Positions 38,681 to 52,277 of a stretch of DNA of 64,000 bases are shown piece after piece. The notes beneath the pieces were generated by a model. The model had not been told where the DNA came from. It saw only the letters and a program-made list of their open reading frames with translations, and did no database searches. A program made the position numbers and the translations under genes. Within the stretch, counting starts at the first letter, position 1; each line of letters starts with the position of its first letter. The stretch spans positions 84,754,001 through 84,818,000 of the forward strand of contig NC_043006.1 of NCBI RefSeq assembly GCF_006345805.1, in the 5' to 3' direction. The DNA is from Octopus sinensis (Eukaryota).

Positions 38681-40459
38681 ATAGATATGTATGTATGTAT
38701 GTATATATGTATGTATGGTGAGGCAAACAGGAAAAATAGAACTCAAATTATTAGTGTATGTATATTTTTTATTAATATTTAATAAAAGCAACAGAGTAAC
38801 TCTAGGGCTGAGAGCTTCATGTATTAGCACTTATCAAACTAGTTTGGTAAATGCCAGTGCATGAAACTCTTAACAGTTGAGTTACTCTGTTGCTTCTGCT
38901 AATGAGAGACAGAGAGAGAGAGAGGAGGGAGAGAGGGGGAGAGAAGGAGAGAGAGGAGAGAGGGGGAGAGAGAGAGAGAGAGAGAGAGGAGGGAGAGAGG
39001 GGGAGAGAGAGAGAGAGAGAGAAATGCACACATGCATACACATACACTGGAGCACATAGCAAACACTATACACACCTTTCAAATGTGTGTGTATGTGTGT
39101 GTGTGTGTGGAGAGATCAAGAGAGAGACTTTATATATATATATATACATAAATACATGCATACACACACACACACACCACACACACACACAAACACACAC
39201 ACACACACCTTTCAAATAGGTTTTGCAATGTCACAAATTCGACTCAATCCAAAAAGTAAAAGCTTTTAATGCAACCAACCTGACATTTCTGATAAATCTT
39301 ACCAATGGTGACCATCACTTTTGGAAAGCATTGCAAGTTTAAATGAATTCTTTGAAACTGCAGAGGAAATCAATTCCTTGGATGCATTATGGAATTCTTT
39401 TTTAAAACGGTGCCAATGTTATCGATGTACCATCTGCAGTGGTTCCATGGGAATTGTTTACATTTTAACCAAAGGATATGGAAATAAAATTTCTTCACGT
39501 CTGGCATTTGAAATATTTGAAATTTCCTGCCTGTTTGAAGAACTGAATTGTTAATAACCCAAAATGAGGAATTTTTAAAATTTTGTTTTTCTTTTTCCCA
39601 GAAATATGAAAGAAACTAAAATACATCCTGCATTTATTTACCATGGTTTTCTTGAAAGAAGAGTGACATTGAAGATGGAATTGATTAAATGGTCGTTTAT
39701 TGATGCAACAATGGAGAATTAAAGATTTTTTTTGTTTTATATTTGAAGCATATTTCTGAGATAGTTACTTAGGTCATATACTGCATAATAGTCTTAACAA
39801 GTAAGTCATAATAGTGTGGCTTAACTGTTAACTTCCACATTATAGATCTATTCAGTCAGAAGTACTACCTGCTTATGGAAGCAGTGTTAACCATACTACT
39901 CAAATAAGTCAATTGAAATTCTAGTTTGACCCTTTCATGCCAGACCATCTGAGATCACCCTGGTTCTATGATACAAATTTACTGTTTGAAAGCAATTTAG
40001 AGTAAAAGAATTATTTTTTTAAATTTCCATCAAAAATTTCATCTTCATTCATGCTTCAAACACCAATTTGATAATGGTTTATAATTTTGGCACAATGACC
40101 AGCAACTTTGAGAGAAGACATTAACCCTCTTGGGACACCCAGGCTGATTGATCAGACCAATTGATAGAAGCTGAAAGGACTTTGAGGCTGATCCATTGGC
40201 CCGATGGAACAAATGTTGTGAATGGTTGGTTTTGAAGTGTAATAGCTAATCAGAGATCATCTTTCAGTTGATGTATCTCAATCAGAAAAAAAAAAAAATT
40301 TTGGTCTCAAAAACGGTTAATTGATTACATCTAATCCAGTTCTTAACTGGTACCCCAAAAGCATGAAAAGCAAAGTCAACCTTTGTGGATTTTGAACTCA
40401 GAACATAAAGACAAATGAAATACTGTGAAGCATTAAACCCAGTGTTCTAACAATTCTTA

Positions 40460-40715
40460 TTTCTTTATGGCCCACAAAGGGCTAAACACAGAGGGGACAA
40501 ACAAAGACATACAAAGGGATTATTAAGTCGATTACATCAACACCAGTGCGTAACTTGTACTTATTTAATCGACCCCGAAAAGATGAAAGACAAAGTTGAC
40601 CTCAGCAGAATTTGAACTCAGAACATAGCGGCAGATGAAATACTGCTAAGTATTTCGTCCGGCATGCAAACGTTTCTGCCAGCTCGTCTCCTAACAGTTC
40701 TGCCAGCTTGCTGCC
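40460..40715 (-). mobile_element. SINE family B, full length
   Basis: Reverse complement of the 48638-48869 copy. Confidence 0.85.
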
Positions 40716-41129
40716 TAACACCAAGTTGAAAATAGCTAATTTTTTCAATATATTCAAAATTATTTGAAACAAATGCAGAGTATTTCAACTGAAATATGGT
40801 AGCAAAAGAGTTAAAGAGATTTAAATTAAAACCTTCTGTCAAAATTTCATGTGAATTTATGTTCTAAACACCAGCTTAACAATGACAATTCTTTGTTATC
40901 TCCAAAATTAACTGAAATACAGTAATGAAAAGGTTAAAGGGATCTAAATGAAAACCTTCCATCAAGATTTCATGTTTGTGTCTGTTTCAGACACCAAATT
41001 AATAATGACAAAGGTGTTTAACTAAATTTCATTATTTTTGAAATTAAGAGAAATTAAGAGTAAAATTAGAGAAATTAAGAGAAATATTTTTGAAATTAAG
41101 AGAAATTAAGAGAAATAAAGTTATGTATA

Positions 41130-41540
41130 GGCATGGGAATGGCTGTATGGTAAGTAGCTTGCTTACCAAACACATAGTTCCGGGTTCAGTTCCACTACGT
41201 GGAACCTTGAGCAAGTGTCTTCTACTATAGCTTTGGGCCGACCAAAGCCTTGTGAGTGGATTTGGTAGACGGAAACTGAAAGAAACCTGTCGTATATATG
41301 CAAATATATATATGTACGCGTATATGTATACGTTTGTGTGTCTGTGTTTGTCCCCCACAACATCGCATGACAACCGATGGTGGTGTGTTACGTCCCTGTA
41401 ACTTAGCGGTTCGGCAACAGAGACCGATAGAATAAGTACAAGGCTTACAAAGAATAAGTCCTGGGGTCGATTTGCTCGACTAAAGGTGGTGCTCCAGCAT
41501 GGCCACAGTCAAATGACTGAAACAAGTAAGAGTAAAAGAG
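41130..41540 (+). mobile_element. SINE family A, full length
   Basis: Complete match to 16064-16472. Confidence 0.88.
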
Positions 41541-41787
41541 TGTATTTCAGAAGAAACATGGTACAAAAACCAACTGGAAATTGAACCAACAGTTTTACTT
41601 TTTGAATTGTGCAAAATAAATTTTAGCAATTATGTTATTTTTTTCATCTACTTTTTTCTAACAAAGTACTATTATCCTTGCCATTTTTTTCAAACATGAT
41701 TTCATCTCATGAGTTATTACATTTGAATTTTTTATTAATAGACAGTGCAGTTTTATTTTCTACATACAAGAAAGAAATATGCAATAT

Positions 41788-41825
<38 letters not shown>

Positions 41826-42049
41826 CAACATGGGAGAAAAAAGAAATAAAACAATACATACTTATAAAATTTTCACATATTCAAAACTTTTTTATAAGAT
41901 ATTTGTTTAATTTTTTTTTTACTTCTCACGATGGTTTTGAAAAATTCAGACTACTTCCAAGAATTATTAGAAAAGGTGTTATGCAGCAAGATAGAAAAGC
42001 AATGTTGAGAAACTGCTTGTCTCCCTACCCTCCACATCTGTGTAAATGT

Positions 42050-42330
42050 AGCACTATGGCCCAGTGGTTAGAGTGTCGAGCTCACAATCATGAAATAGAG
42101 AGTTCGATTCCTGGACCAGGCTGTGTGTTGTTTTCTTGAGCAAGACACTTTATTTCACGTTGCACCAGTTCACTCAGCTGTATAAATGAGTTGTGATGTC
42201 ACTGGTGCCAAGATGCATCAGCCTTTGCCTTTCCCTTGGATAACATCGGTGGCGTGGAGAAGGGAGGCTGGTATGCATGGACGACTGCTGGTCTTCCATA
42301 AACAGCCTTGCCTGAAAGGGGTCTTTAGCC
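42050..42330 (+). mobile_element. SINE family D
   Basis: tggcccagtggttagagtg...gagttcgattcc head and family D body. Confidence 0.82.
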
Positions 42331-42489
42331 TTTATCCTAACTAATAAAAGATATTTTATGTCTAATTCTTAACAACCATTCTCAGCCACAAAATGTATAG
42401 CACTTCCTGAAAATGAGCCCCTTGTTTTACCTTATGAGCCCCTTGTTTTACATGATATTCAGGTCAGTTATGGGGATGCCACTACAGTG

Positions 42490-42905
42490 GATCACTGCAT
42501 CCAACATTTGTCATATTTGCTTGGATCATTCCAAGCAAACCTCCAAGCAGTGTTCCAGTCAGTCCCCATCTCCACGAGATACTTCCTTATCTACCGTGAT
42601 CTGCCTCATGTGGCAGGTGGCCAACCAACATGAGCCATCACCGCAGCCACATCCTCAGAGAATATGACATCGTATGTTGGATCCAAGGTTGAAGGTCAAG
42701 TAATGTGGCCAAACAGTCTGAGCTGACCACTCCCGAATCATACAAGTCAGAGGTCGCATTCCAGTTTCTTAGTAGACTAGTTGGTTGCCTACAAAGTCTG
42801 ACCAATGGTACCCCATAATCCTGCAAAGCATCCTGGTACCAAAGGAATTCAGGTAGCTCCTAAGGGCCCCTGAGTGACTAAGTCTCACAACTATAGAGCA
42901 ATATT
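42490..42905 (-). mobile_element. Ancient RTE-clade LINE ORF2 C-terminal remnant
   Basis: Minus-strand pieces ILLYSCET*, FGTRMLCRIMGYHWSDFV, ETGMRPLTCMIRE and QLRLFGHI match the RTE post-RT region. Confidence 0.75.
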
Positions 42906-42914
42906 TATATTGTT

Positions 42915-43335
42915 CTATAATTGCAAACCGTTATCTGCATGACAAACATGGACAGGGAGAGAGAGGGCAGGAGGGAGTTCCAGATTCAGGAAGTTCTGGG
43001 AATGAAAGACTAGGCACGGAGGTTGATACAAGTCCTGAGGAAGGAGGAGGGTTGAGAGATGAGGAAAGGTGAGGGGAAGAGTGGGGTGGGAGAGGGGTGA
43101 GAAGTGTGGACATATTATGAGTGACAAGAAAATGAGATAATAAGTGAATTAGGAATGCTTGCGTGGAGGGTAACACATGACCATTGAGCCAGCCAATTCT
43201 GAGGAGTAGTGCCCATTGTAAAAATAAGGGCAATGAGATTCGAGATAGCATGTCTGTGGGCCAGACATTGGAGTGAGTGGATGAATAACTTCAGATCATT
43301 TAAGTCTGATGGCTTTTTCTCTGGATCCAATCTAT
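42915..43335 (-). mobile_element. Ancient CR1/L2-group LINE ORF2 C-terminal remnant
   Basis: Pieces KAIRL, SLQCLAHR, YFYNGHYSSELA and SFIPRTS*IWNSL across frames. Confidence 0.65.
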
Positions 43336-43371
43336 AATGCAGGTATTATATGTCTGTATTAGGGTAAAAAG

Positions 43372-43655
43372 AATAAAGACCTTCTTTGGTCATGAATGAC
43401 CATGAGATTGCACCTAGAAAGTTCCCCTCCAAAGCACAAGTCCGGGCAAGGTTATTTATGGAAGACCAGCAGTCGCCCATGCATCCCAGCCTCTCCTCTC
43501 TATGCCATTTATGTTATCCAAGGGGAAGGCAAAGGCTGATACAGCTTGGCACCAGTGGACATCACAACTCATTTCTATAGTTGCACACAGACCAGTCCAG
43601 GAATCAAACTCATTACTTCATGATTGTGAACCCGACACTCAAACCACTGAGCTAA
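43372..43655 (-). mobile_element. SINE family D
   Basis: Matches 2509-2846. Confidence 0.78.
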
Positions 43656-44873
43656 TCACCATTTCTCTTGAGACCCCTTCCACCTGCTCCTCCGCTCCAC
43701 CCACCCACTTCTTGTAGTCTAATTAGAAAAGAGAGGAATTCTATTTTGCATATTTAGTTGCACGCTTTCCATTGTAGGACATGATTTGGGTTACATAATT
43801 GGACAGGATCAGACATTCCTCACATGGAAATGCAATTCCAGCAGATGGAATCAGGATAGAAACTAAAGTACTCAACAGACACACACACACAAACACACAC
43901 AAACACTCACATGTAAACAATTTCAATATAAAGAAAAATATAAAATCAATTTTTTGTGTGTATATGAGTGTTGTTTGTGGATGTGTGTGTGTGTGCGTGT
44001 GCATTGTGTGTTATTTATAGGTTTTCTATGACTGTAAATGGTTGCATCTGTGTATATCTGTGTTTATAAAAACACACACTAATCTGTATTTACTTGTGTG
44101 TACATGTGTACTTACATAAACACACACATACATACATAAACATATGTACATATATACACATATATGCAGACACATCGATACACTGATATACACACCTACA
44201 CACACACACACACATATACATACATATGCAGGTGCATACATACACACATGCTGCTGCTGCTACTACTACAACTACTACTAATACTACTCCCTCATCATTA
44301 TCATCACCACTATGATTACCATCATCAGCATAATTTAACATCCATCTGTGTGTGTATATGTGTGTGTGTGTGTGTAATATGTAAGCAGTTTGTGCACCTT
44401 CATGTATATATCTGGATTTACATACATGTACTTATGCAATCGTCATTTCATCCATACGCATGTGTGATGCGTACAAGTACATACACATGTATTTACGATC
44501 ATTTGTATTTACACATCACTCAGCACCCATATGCATTTGCACGTGTCTGTGTCTGCAGGAGTGTATATGCATACGGTAGGTGTGTATATGCATATGGTAT
44601 ATGTATGTGTGTGTATGCAGGTGTGTATATGCGTATGGTGTATGTGTACACCAAGACGGATAAGTTTGTTAACTGGACAAGAAGCAGACAATGTCTAGAG
44701 AAAAATGTCTAAATATAGAATCTCTATCAAACCAGGAATGCTTTACCAATTTCAGAAGAACTGAAGCAGCAGGCTGTCTGATTCTGAAAAGATAAAGTTT
44801 GCAGTTGATGATAGCAAACATGTCTTCCTCACCAACTAAATCTTAGTTTCCTCATACATCTCTCTCTCTCTGA

Positions 44874-44915
<42 letters not shown>

Positions 44916-45553
44916 ATATACACACACACATATATGTATTTATATGTATATACACATATATATACACCTATATATAAATATACACACATATATACATATG
45001 TGTATATATATGATGACATACATACACACACACATATATATTTGTATGTATGTATGTGTATACATGTGTGTGTGTGTATTTCTATTTGTGATTAAGAGAC
45101 TAAGTGTGGTGAACAGAGTAATGAATTCTGAAACGTCCTACACATTTGCCATTTCAAGATTGAAGATTCTGGTTCCAAATTTTGCATCAGAACTCTCATA
45201 AATGAATAAATAAATAAATAAATAAATAAATAAATACAGAAATAACTGAATAAATAAATATAGCTACAAACAAAATTCATTCAGAAAGAGACAGGCTGAC
45301 TGTACAAACAACAGCAACAACATCAACAATGCCGACAACAAAAATCTAAACGATAAAAACATTTTACACATAAATACATAAGTAGAAAGGCAGTGCTCCA
45401 GTCTGGCCTTGTGCACAATGGCTAAAAGACGCCAAAGAACTAATGAACAGACACATATACATACACACTCATATACATATATAAATATATATATTTGTGC
45501 ATACATACATAATGTACATAAATATATAAATAAATACAAAAAAATATACATAT

Positions 45554-45965
45554 AGGTGCAGGAGTGGCTGTGTGGTAAGTAGCTTGCTCACCAGCCACAT
45601 AATTCTAGGTTCAGTTCCACTGCGTGGTACCTTGGGCAGGTGTCTTCTACTATAGCCTCAGGCTGACTAAAGCCTTCTGAGTGAATTTGGTAGACAGAAA
45701 CTGAAAGAAGCCCATCATATATATATACACATATACATATATGTATGTATGTATGTGTGTGTGTTTGTGTGGCTGTGTTTGTTCCCCCAACATCACTTGA
45801 TAACCGACGCTGGTGTGTTTATGTCCCCGTCACTTAGCAGTTTGGCAAAAGAGACCGATAGAATAAGTGCCAGTCTTACAAAGAATAAGTCTTGGGGTAG
45901 ATTTGCTCGACTAAAAACAGTGCTCCAGCATGGCTGCAGTCAAATGACTGAAACAAATAAAAGAA
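45554..45965 (+). mobile_element. SINE family A, full length
   Basis: Complete match to other A copies. Confidence 0.85.
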
Positions 45966-46001
45966 TACATATACACATCATACATAAATATACACATATG
46001 T

Positions 46002-46054
<53 letters not shown>

Positions 46055-46126
46055 CATACAAGACCTTATTCACCTGGTCTTTGCTACTGAGTAGGAACAG
46101 CTCCAGCTGTGTGCTTTCAAACTTAA

Positions 46127-46541
46127 CCCTTTGGCACTTAAACTAGCTGTATTTGGTTCAAATACTCAACCTGTTCTATGTTAAAACTGCCCACATCCAG
46201 CCTCTCACACCTACCCTGCATTGTCATTCCCAAAATAAGCAACAGCATCACTGAAATCTCAAAGCACAAGACAATGCAGGATCAATAGAAAACAACTCAG
46301 TGGTTAGAGCATCGGGCTCTCAATCATGAGGTGGTGAGTTTGATTCCTGGACTAGACTTGAGCAAGACACTTTATTTCACATTGTGTGTGTATAAACTTA
46401 AAACTTCATCAGAGCATTATATATATGTGGAAAAGATCCCTGTCGAAAAGCATAAGACCATGCAAGATATAAAACAAATTTTGAAAGGCCAAACCTATTC
46501 CAGAAATATTAGATACAAGCTAATGATTGTGTGTGTGCGTG

Positions 46542-46599
<58 letters not shown>

Positions 46600-46940
46600 C
46601 ACAGTATATGGTTCAGTGGTTAGAGTGTTGGGCTCACATTCATGAGGTAGTGAGTTCAATTCCTGGAATGGGTTGTGTTCTTGAGCAAGACACTTTATTT
46701 CACATTGCTACAGTTCACCCATCTGTAGAAATGAGTTGCAACATCACTGGTACCAAGCTTTTCTCTTGGATATCATGGGTGGCGTGGAGAGGAGGGTGCT
46801 ATATATGGATGGCTGTTAGTCTTCCATAAACAACCATGCCCAGACTTGTGTCTTGAAGGGTAACTTTCTAGGTCAAATCCCATGGTCATTCATAACCTTT
46901 TACTCTTTACATCTAACAGAGTAATCTGAATGCTAAAAGT
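46127..46940. mobile_element. MITE family H interrupted by two SINE D copies (46297-46385, 46607-46892)
   Basis: TTAA|ccctttggca at 46123. Resumes ttacatctaacagagtaatctgaatgctaaaag at ~46905. Confidence 0.7.
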
Positions 46941-46985
46941 AAAAAATGGCTCCAAATTTGTGTGTGTGTGTGTGTGTGTGCATGC

Positions 46986-47048
<63 letters not shown>

Positions 47049-47396
47049 GTTAGAGAGATGGGGCAGAGCAAAAGAAAGCAGATTAGCACTTTTCAGAAGT
47101 GTTGTACTTTTCTTCATCCAACCACCTTTACCTGTCAGGTGTTTGGCAAAGTTTATAATGTTATGGAGGAAAATAACACCTGAAAATGTATCAACAAGAC
47201 AAAAAAAAATAGCATCAACGCAATATGTGCATATGTGTGTGTGTGTGTGAATGTGTACAAATATAATACATATATAGATGCAGGTATGACTACAGACACA
47301 GGTGTGAATTTTGGTGTAGGTGTGGCAATATGTTTGCTTCCTAACCATATGGTTCCAAGTTCCACTGAAAGAAGCCTACAGCACGCACACACACAG

Positions 47397-47433
<37 letters not shown>

Positions 47434-47496
47434 ATATACACATATAAATATATATATATATATGTATACACACATACATACATATATATATATATA

Positions 47497-47900
47497 CTCT
47501 TTTAGTCTTTTGCTTGTTTCAGTCATTTGACTGTGGCCATGCTGGAGCACTGCCTTTAGTCGAGCAAATCGACTCCAGGACTTATTCTTTAGATGCCTAG
47601 TACTTATTCTATCGGTCGCTTTTGCCGAACCGCTGTAAACACCAAGCGATGTCAAGCGATGTTTGGGAGTCAAACACAGACACACAAACAAACATATACA
47701 CACACACACACACACACACATGTATATATACATATATACGACGGGATTCTTTCAGTTTCCATCTACCAAATCCACTCACAAGGCTTTGATTGGCCCGAAG
47801 CTATAGTAAAAGACACTTACCCAAGATGTGACAGTGGGACTGAACCTATACCATGTAGTTGGTAAGCAAGCTACTTATCACACAGCCACTCCTATGCCTA
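47497..47900 (-). mobile_element. SINE family A
   Basis: Reverse complement of the full A structure. Confidence 0.85.
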
Positions 47901-47937
47901 TACATATGTATATATATATGTGTGTGGTGTGTGTGTG

Positions 47938-48233
47938 TGAAGGTGCAATGGCTGAGTGGTTAGGGCAGCGGACTCGCGGTTGTAGGATCACAGTTTCGAT
48001 TCCCAGACCGGGCGTTGTGAGTGCTTATTGAGCGAAAACATCTAAAGCTCCACTCTGGCAGGGAGTGGTGGCAATCCCTGCTGTACTCTTTTGACACAAA
48101 TTTCTCTCACTCTTTCTTCTGTTGGCCTGCTTGCTTAGCCAGCGGGGTGGCATCATTTGAAGGCTAAAACAATGCGAAGCGCATTGTGACCAGCGATGTG
48201 TAGCAACATCTGATAGCCTGGTCAGTCACGGTG
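47938..48233 (+). mobile_element. SINE family E (tail type 2)
   Basis: Same head and centre as 31735, with a different 3' part after ctctcactctttctt. Confidence 0.8.
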
Positions 48234-48301
48234 ATATATATATATATATATTTATATAAAAATAATGGTCATTACTTATAATTCCTTAATTAGAGCAAAC
48301 T

Positions 48302-48427
48302 TGGCTTACAGCTGTTTCCAGTAGTCATTATAGGTACATTACTGACAGGTTTACTCAATTGGTCTATTGATCACTTGACGTAAATTGAATGACCTATGAA
48401 GATTAATGCTACTTTTCATCAGAGCCA
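48302..48427 (-). ncRNA. Type I hammerhead ribozyme motif with a long stem II, inside a (TA)n-flanked module (48250-48595)
   Basis: Minus strand reads tggct-CTGATGA-(~95-nt stem II with agtag/ctact, catt/aatg, ataggt/acctat)-GAAA-cagctg-TA-agcca. Palindromic stem III ACAGCTGT. Base of stem II is imperfect. Confidence 0.65.
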
Positions 48428-48637
48428 TTTCTGGATTTACAATATAGAATTGTGATGAACCATAACTTGGAACCCTACCAAAAGATTAGTTGGAATTCTT
48501 CACTAATCTAAGTAATATTGTTAGCCTGGTGTGCCAACAGAGAGCTTATGAAGTATTTTGTTCAGGCTGATAATTAATCCCTCACTATTTGTTTATATAT
48601 ATATACACACACACACACACATATAGGAGTGGCTGTG

Positions 48638-48869
48638 CGGCGAGCTGGCAGAAATGTTAGCACACCGGGTGAAATGCTTAGCGGTATTTCGTCTGCCGCT
48701 ACGTTCTGAGTTCAAATTCCGCCAAGATTGACTTTGCCTTTCATCCTTTCAGGGTCGATTAAATTAGTACCAGTTACGCACTGAGGTTGATGTAATCGAC
48801 TTAATCCCTTTGTCTGTCCTTGTTTTTCCCCTCTGTGTGTAGCCCCTTGTGGGCAGTAAAGAAATAAGT
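48638..48869 (+). mobile_element. SINE family B, full length, inserted into a SINE A head
   Basis: ggcgagctggcagaa...gagttcaaattccgcc...gactttgcctttcatcctttc.gggtcgat...aaagaaataag. Host A copy spans 48624-48985. Confidence 0.88.
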
Positions 48870-49057
48870 AACTTGCTTACCAACAACATGGTTCTGGGTT
48901 CAGTCCCACTGCATGGCACCTTGGGCAAGTGTCTTCTACCATAGACTTGGGCTAATCAAAGCCTTGTGAATGGATTTGATAGACACACACACACACATAT
49001 ATATATAGAGAGAGAGAGAGAAAGAGAGAGAGACAGAGAGATAGGGCATGGCTTAAT

Positions 49058-49257
49058 TTTTTCTACTCTAGGCACATGGCCCAAAATGTTTGGGGAGGGG
49101 GCCAGTCGATTAGATCAACCACAGTATGCAACTGGTACTTAGTTTATCGACCCCAAAAAGATGAAAGGCAAAGTCGACTTCAGTGGAATTTTGAACTCAG
49201 AATGTAAAGACAGACAAAATACCACAAAGCATTTCGCCCCTCATGCTAACATTAAGA
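49058..49257 (-). mobile_element. SINE B variant with a 12-bp TSD, inserted in a D-like head
   Basis: gcatggcttaat at 49046-49057 and 49258-49269. Confidence 0.75.
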
Positions 49258-50371
49258 GCATGGCTTAATGGTTAGGGTGTTGCACTCATTGATTGTAAGA
49301 TTGTGATATCCATTCCAAGACCGGTACATTGTGTTCTAGAGCAAAACACTTCATTTCACACAGCATCCACTCAGCTTTTAATGAATAACCCTAACAAGAT
49401 GCTATTAGTGTACATTTTGTACATGCAAATTACTTCTCCAGCAAACTGTAAACTGTATCTTTTGTATGCCTAATGATGTTTGCATTGGACTCAGAGTAGA
49501 GTTCCTAGCTAAAACCTTGATAAAATGCCCCTAATGCACAATGTGGATTGGATGACAGTGAACAGAGAAAGCGTAAAGTTATGATGTCCCTTTAATCTTG
49601 TCTAGCAGAGGACTTAGCAACATCTCTAGTGCTGGTGCAATGAAAAAACATGCATCCAGTAAACTCTGTGAAATAGTTGGTAGTAGACAGAGTACCCAGC
49701 CATAGAAACCAAATGAGAATGACTCAAATGAGCACCAGTCTGTGAGAGAAGTGGTTTTCAGTATGAACACTGGGTAATGTTTTGGACAATGATGACCCAT
49801 CTAACCCATGCCAGCATGGAAAATTAGCTGTAAAATTAAGGCGATAATGATGATAATGATGAAGATGGTGACAATGATGACAATGAAGAGAAGAAGGATA
49901 ACAAAGATGCTGATGACGATGATGATGATAAGGTAGCAGTAATGATGATGATGATGATGTTGTTGATGATGATGTTGTTGATGATGGTGATCCTGATGAT
50001 GGTGATGATGATAAGGATGATGATGTACATCTAACTGGACAAGTACCAAGTAATATATATGAAGATATCCAGATTACAAACGTATCTGATCTTGTAAGCT
50101 GTCTTGAGACTAACCAGACAAGAGGCCCCAACCCCCAAACAATGAAATGGTTTTAAAATACATTTCAAAAATAAGGTTAATATCATAATAGACGCAAAGA
50201 AGAAAAAAAAATGAAAGTTGGGGTGGGGGGACTATAAGGCTTTTCTCTTCTCCCAAGTTTATTAAAAGGAAATGTGTGTATGTGTATGTATGCATGTGTG
50301 CACATCAGACTTTGTTGTTCTTGTATGGCCTTTTTAAATGTTTATTGTCTTTACACTATATCTATACTTAT

Positions 50372-50432
<61 letters not shown>

Positions 50433-50612
50433 AATTAGAGATAAAACCACTATTATAAAATAAATCTCACACCACCTGACTATATGCACCCTCTCTCTCT
50501 CTCTCTTTATGTATGTATATATATGTGTGTCTATATATACGTATGTATGTATGTATGTATGTGTGTGTGTGTATATTATATATATATATATATATATACA
50601 CATATGTATGCA

Positions 50613-50653
<41 letters not shown>

Positions 50654-51341
50654 CATATACATACATATATGTGTGTGTGTATGTATGTATGTATGTGTGT
50701 ATATATATGTAAGTTTGGAGCTATACTCCCTAATATTATTATTATTATTATTATATATAAATATATATATATATATTATATTATATATATATATATATAT
50801 ATATGCGCACCTATATGGGAGAGCAAAAGTGTCGTTTTACATTTTTGATTTTGAATTACCTATTTTTTAAAATATTATAAACTCTTTTATTTAACTGTTT
50901 CATTATTTTCAAATATTTCATGAACATCTGGAAGTTATTCTTTTCACTGTTAATCATTAAGCACAGAGAAACACATGAATGACCAAAATAAAAGATTTAT
51001 CAAAAATGCTATTTAGGCTTTCCCCACCCTATACATATACATATGTGTGTGTGTGTATACACACACATACATATGCACACACATACATATATATAAAGCT
51101 GAGCACACATATTGATGCAAACAGATAGTTTTGCATACTGAAATTAATAATACTACATGTTGAAGGTTACAAAGCAGGTGTAATCATATGGAAGTCATAT
51201 GGAAAATAAATCTCACACCACCTGACTTTATGCGCCTTATCTCTCTCTCTCGCTCTTTCTGTATGTATATATATGTGTGTGTGTATATGCATGTATGTAT
51301 GTATGTATTTATGTATGTGTATATATCTATATATACACACA

Positions 51342-51579
51342 CATCATCATCATCATCATCATCATTTAATGTCTGCTTTCCATGCTAGCCTGGGTTGGAT
51401 TTGACTGAGGTCTGGCGAACCAGACTCCAATCTGATCTGGCAGAGTTTCTACAACTGGATGCCCTTCCTAACGCCAACCACTCCAAGACTGTAGTGGGTG
51501 CTTTAATGTGCCACCGGCATGAGGGCCAGTTTGGTGGTACTGGCAACGGCCACGCCCAAATGGTGCTTTTTACGTGCCA

Positions 51580-51622
<43 letters not shown>

Positions 51623-51730
51623 ACACATACATACATACATACATACATATATACATACATACATGTGTGTGTGTATGTATGTATATGTATGTGTGTATGC
51701 ACGCACACATATATATGCACATACACATGC

Positions 51731-51767
<37 letters not shown>

Positions 51768-52262
51768 TCATCATCATCATGCTAGCATGGGTTGGACGGT
51801 TCGACCGGGGATCTGGGAAGCCAGAAGGCTGCACCAGGCTCCAGTCTTATCTGGCAATGTTTCTACAGCTGGATGCCCTTCCTAACGCCAACCACTCCGT
51901 GAGTGTAGTGGGTGCTTTTTACGTGCCACCTGCACAGGTGCCAGGTGAGGCTGGCAACGGCCATGGTCGGATTGGTGTATTTTATGTGCCACCAGCACGG
52001 AAGCCAGACCAGGGATCCTGGCTGGTTCAATTCGATTTCGATTTCGCTTGCCCCAACATGTCTTCGCAAGCAAAGGGGGTTGGCATGGGTGCCTGTCGTA
52101 CGGTCGGATTGGTGTATTTTACGTGCCACCAGCACGGAAGCCAGTGGAGGCGGCGCTGGCATCGGCCACGAGTCGGATAGTGCTTTTTACGTACCACCAG
52201 ACCAGGGATCCTGGCTGGTTCAATTCGATTTCGATTTCGCTTGCCCCAACATGTCTTCGCAA
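51342..52262 (-). mobile_element. Two family C copies (51342-51580, 51767-52262)
   Basis: (CAT)n tails at left. The second copy has an exact ~66-bp direct repeat at 52005-52069 / 52197-52262. Confidence 0.8.
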
Positions 52263-52277
52263 ATATATATATATATA

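Larger units (their letters stand above)
39927..41570. mobile_element. Pile-up of TTAA-type MITE fragments (second family) with nested SINE B, a third MITE (40125-40316) and SINE A
   Basis: Recurrent ccatcaaaatttcat...aaacacca...taatgacaa and ...aaag.gttaa ends at 40813 and 40937. The same family occurs at 1-73 and 25580-25690. TTAA at 40121-40124 and 40317-40320. Confidence 0.6.

Noticed and set aside
46395-46460. Minus-strand CTGATGA and plus-strand cGAAA
   Set aside because: The halves are on opposite strands and no closing stems were found.
50810-51035. Possible Tc1-type MITE
   Set aside because: The putative TIRs match too poorly to support a call.
51395-52180. Longest ORF in the track (261 aa)
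   Set aside because: Antisense read-through of two family C copies and a microsatellite.
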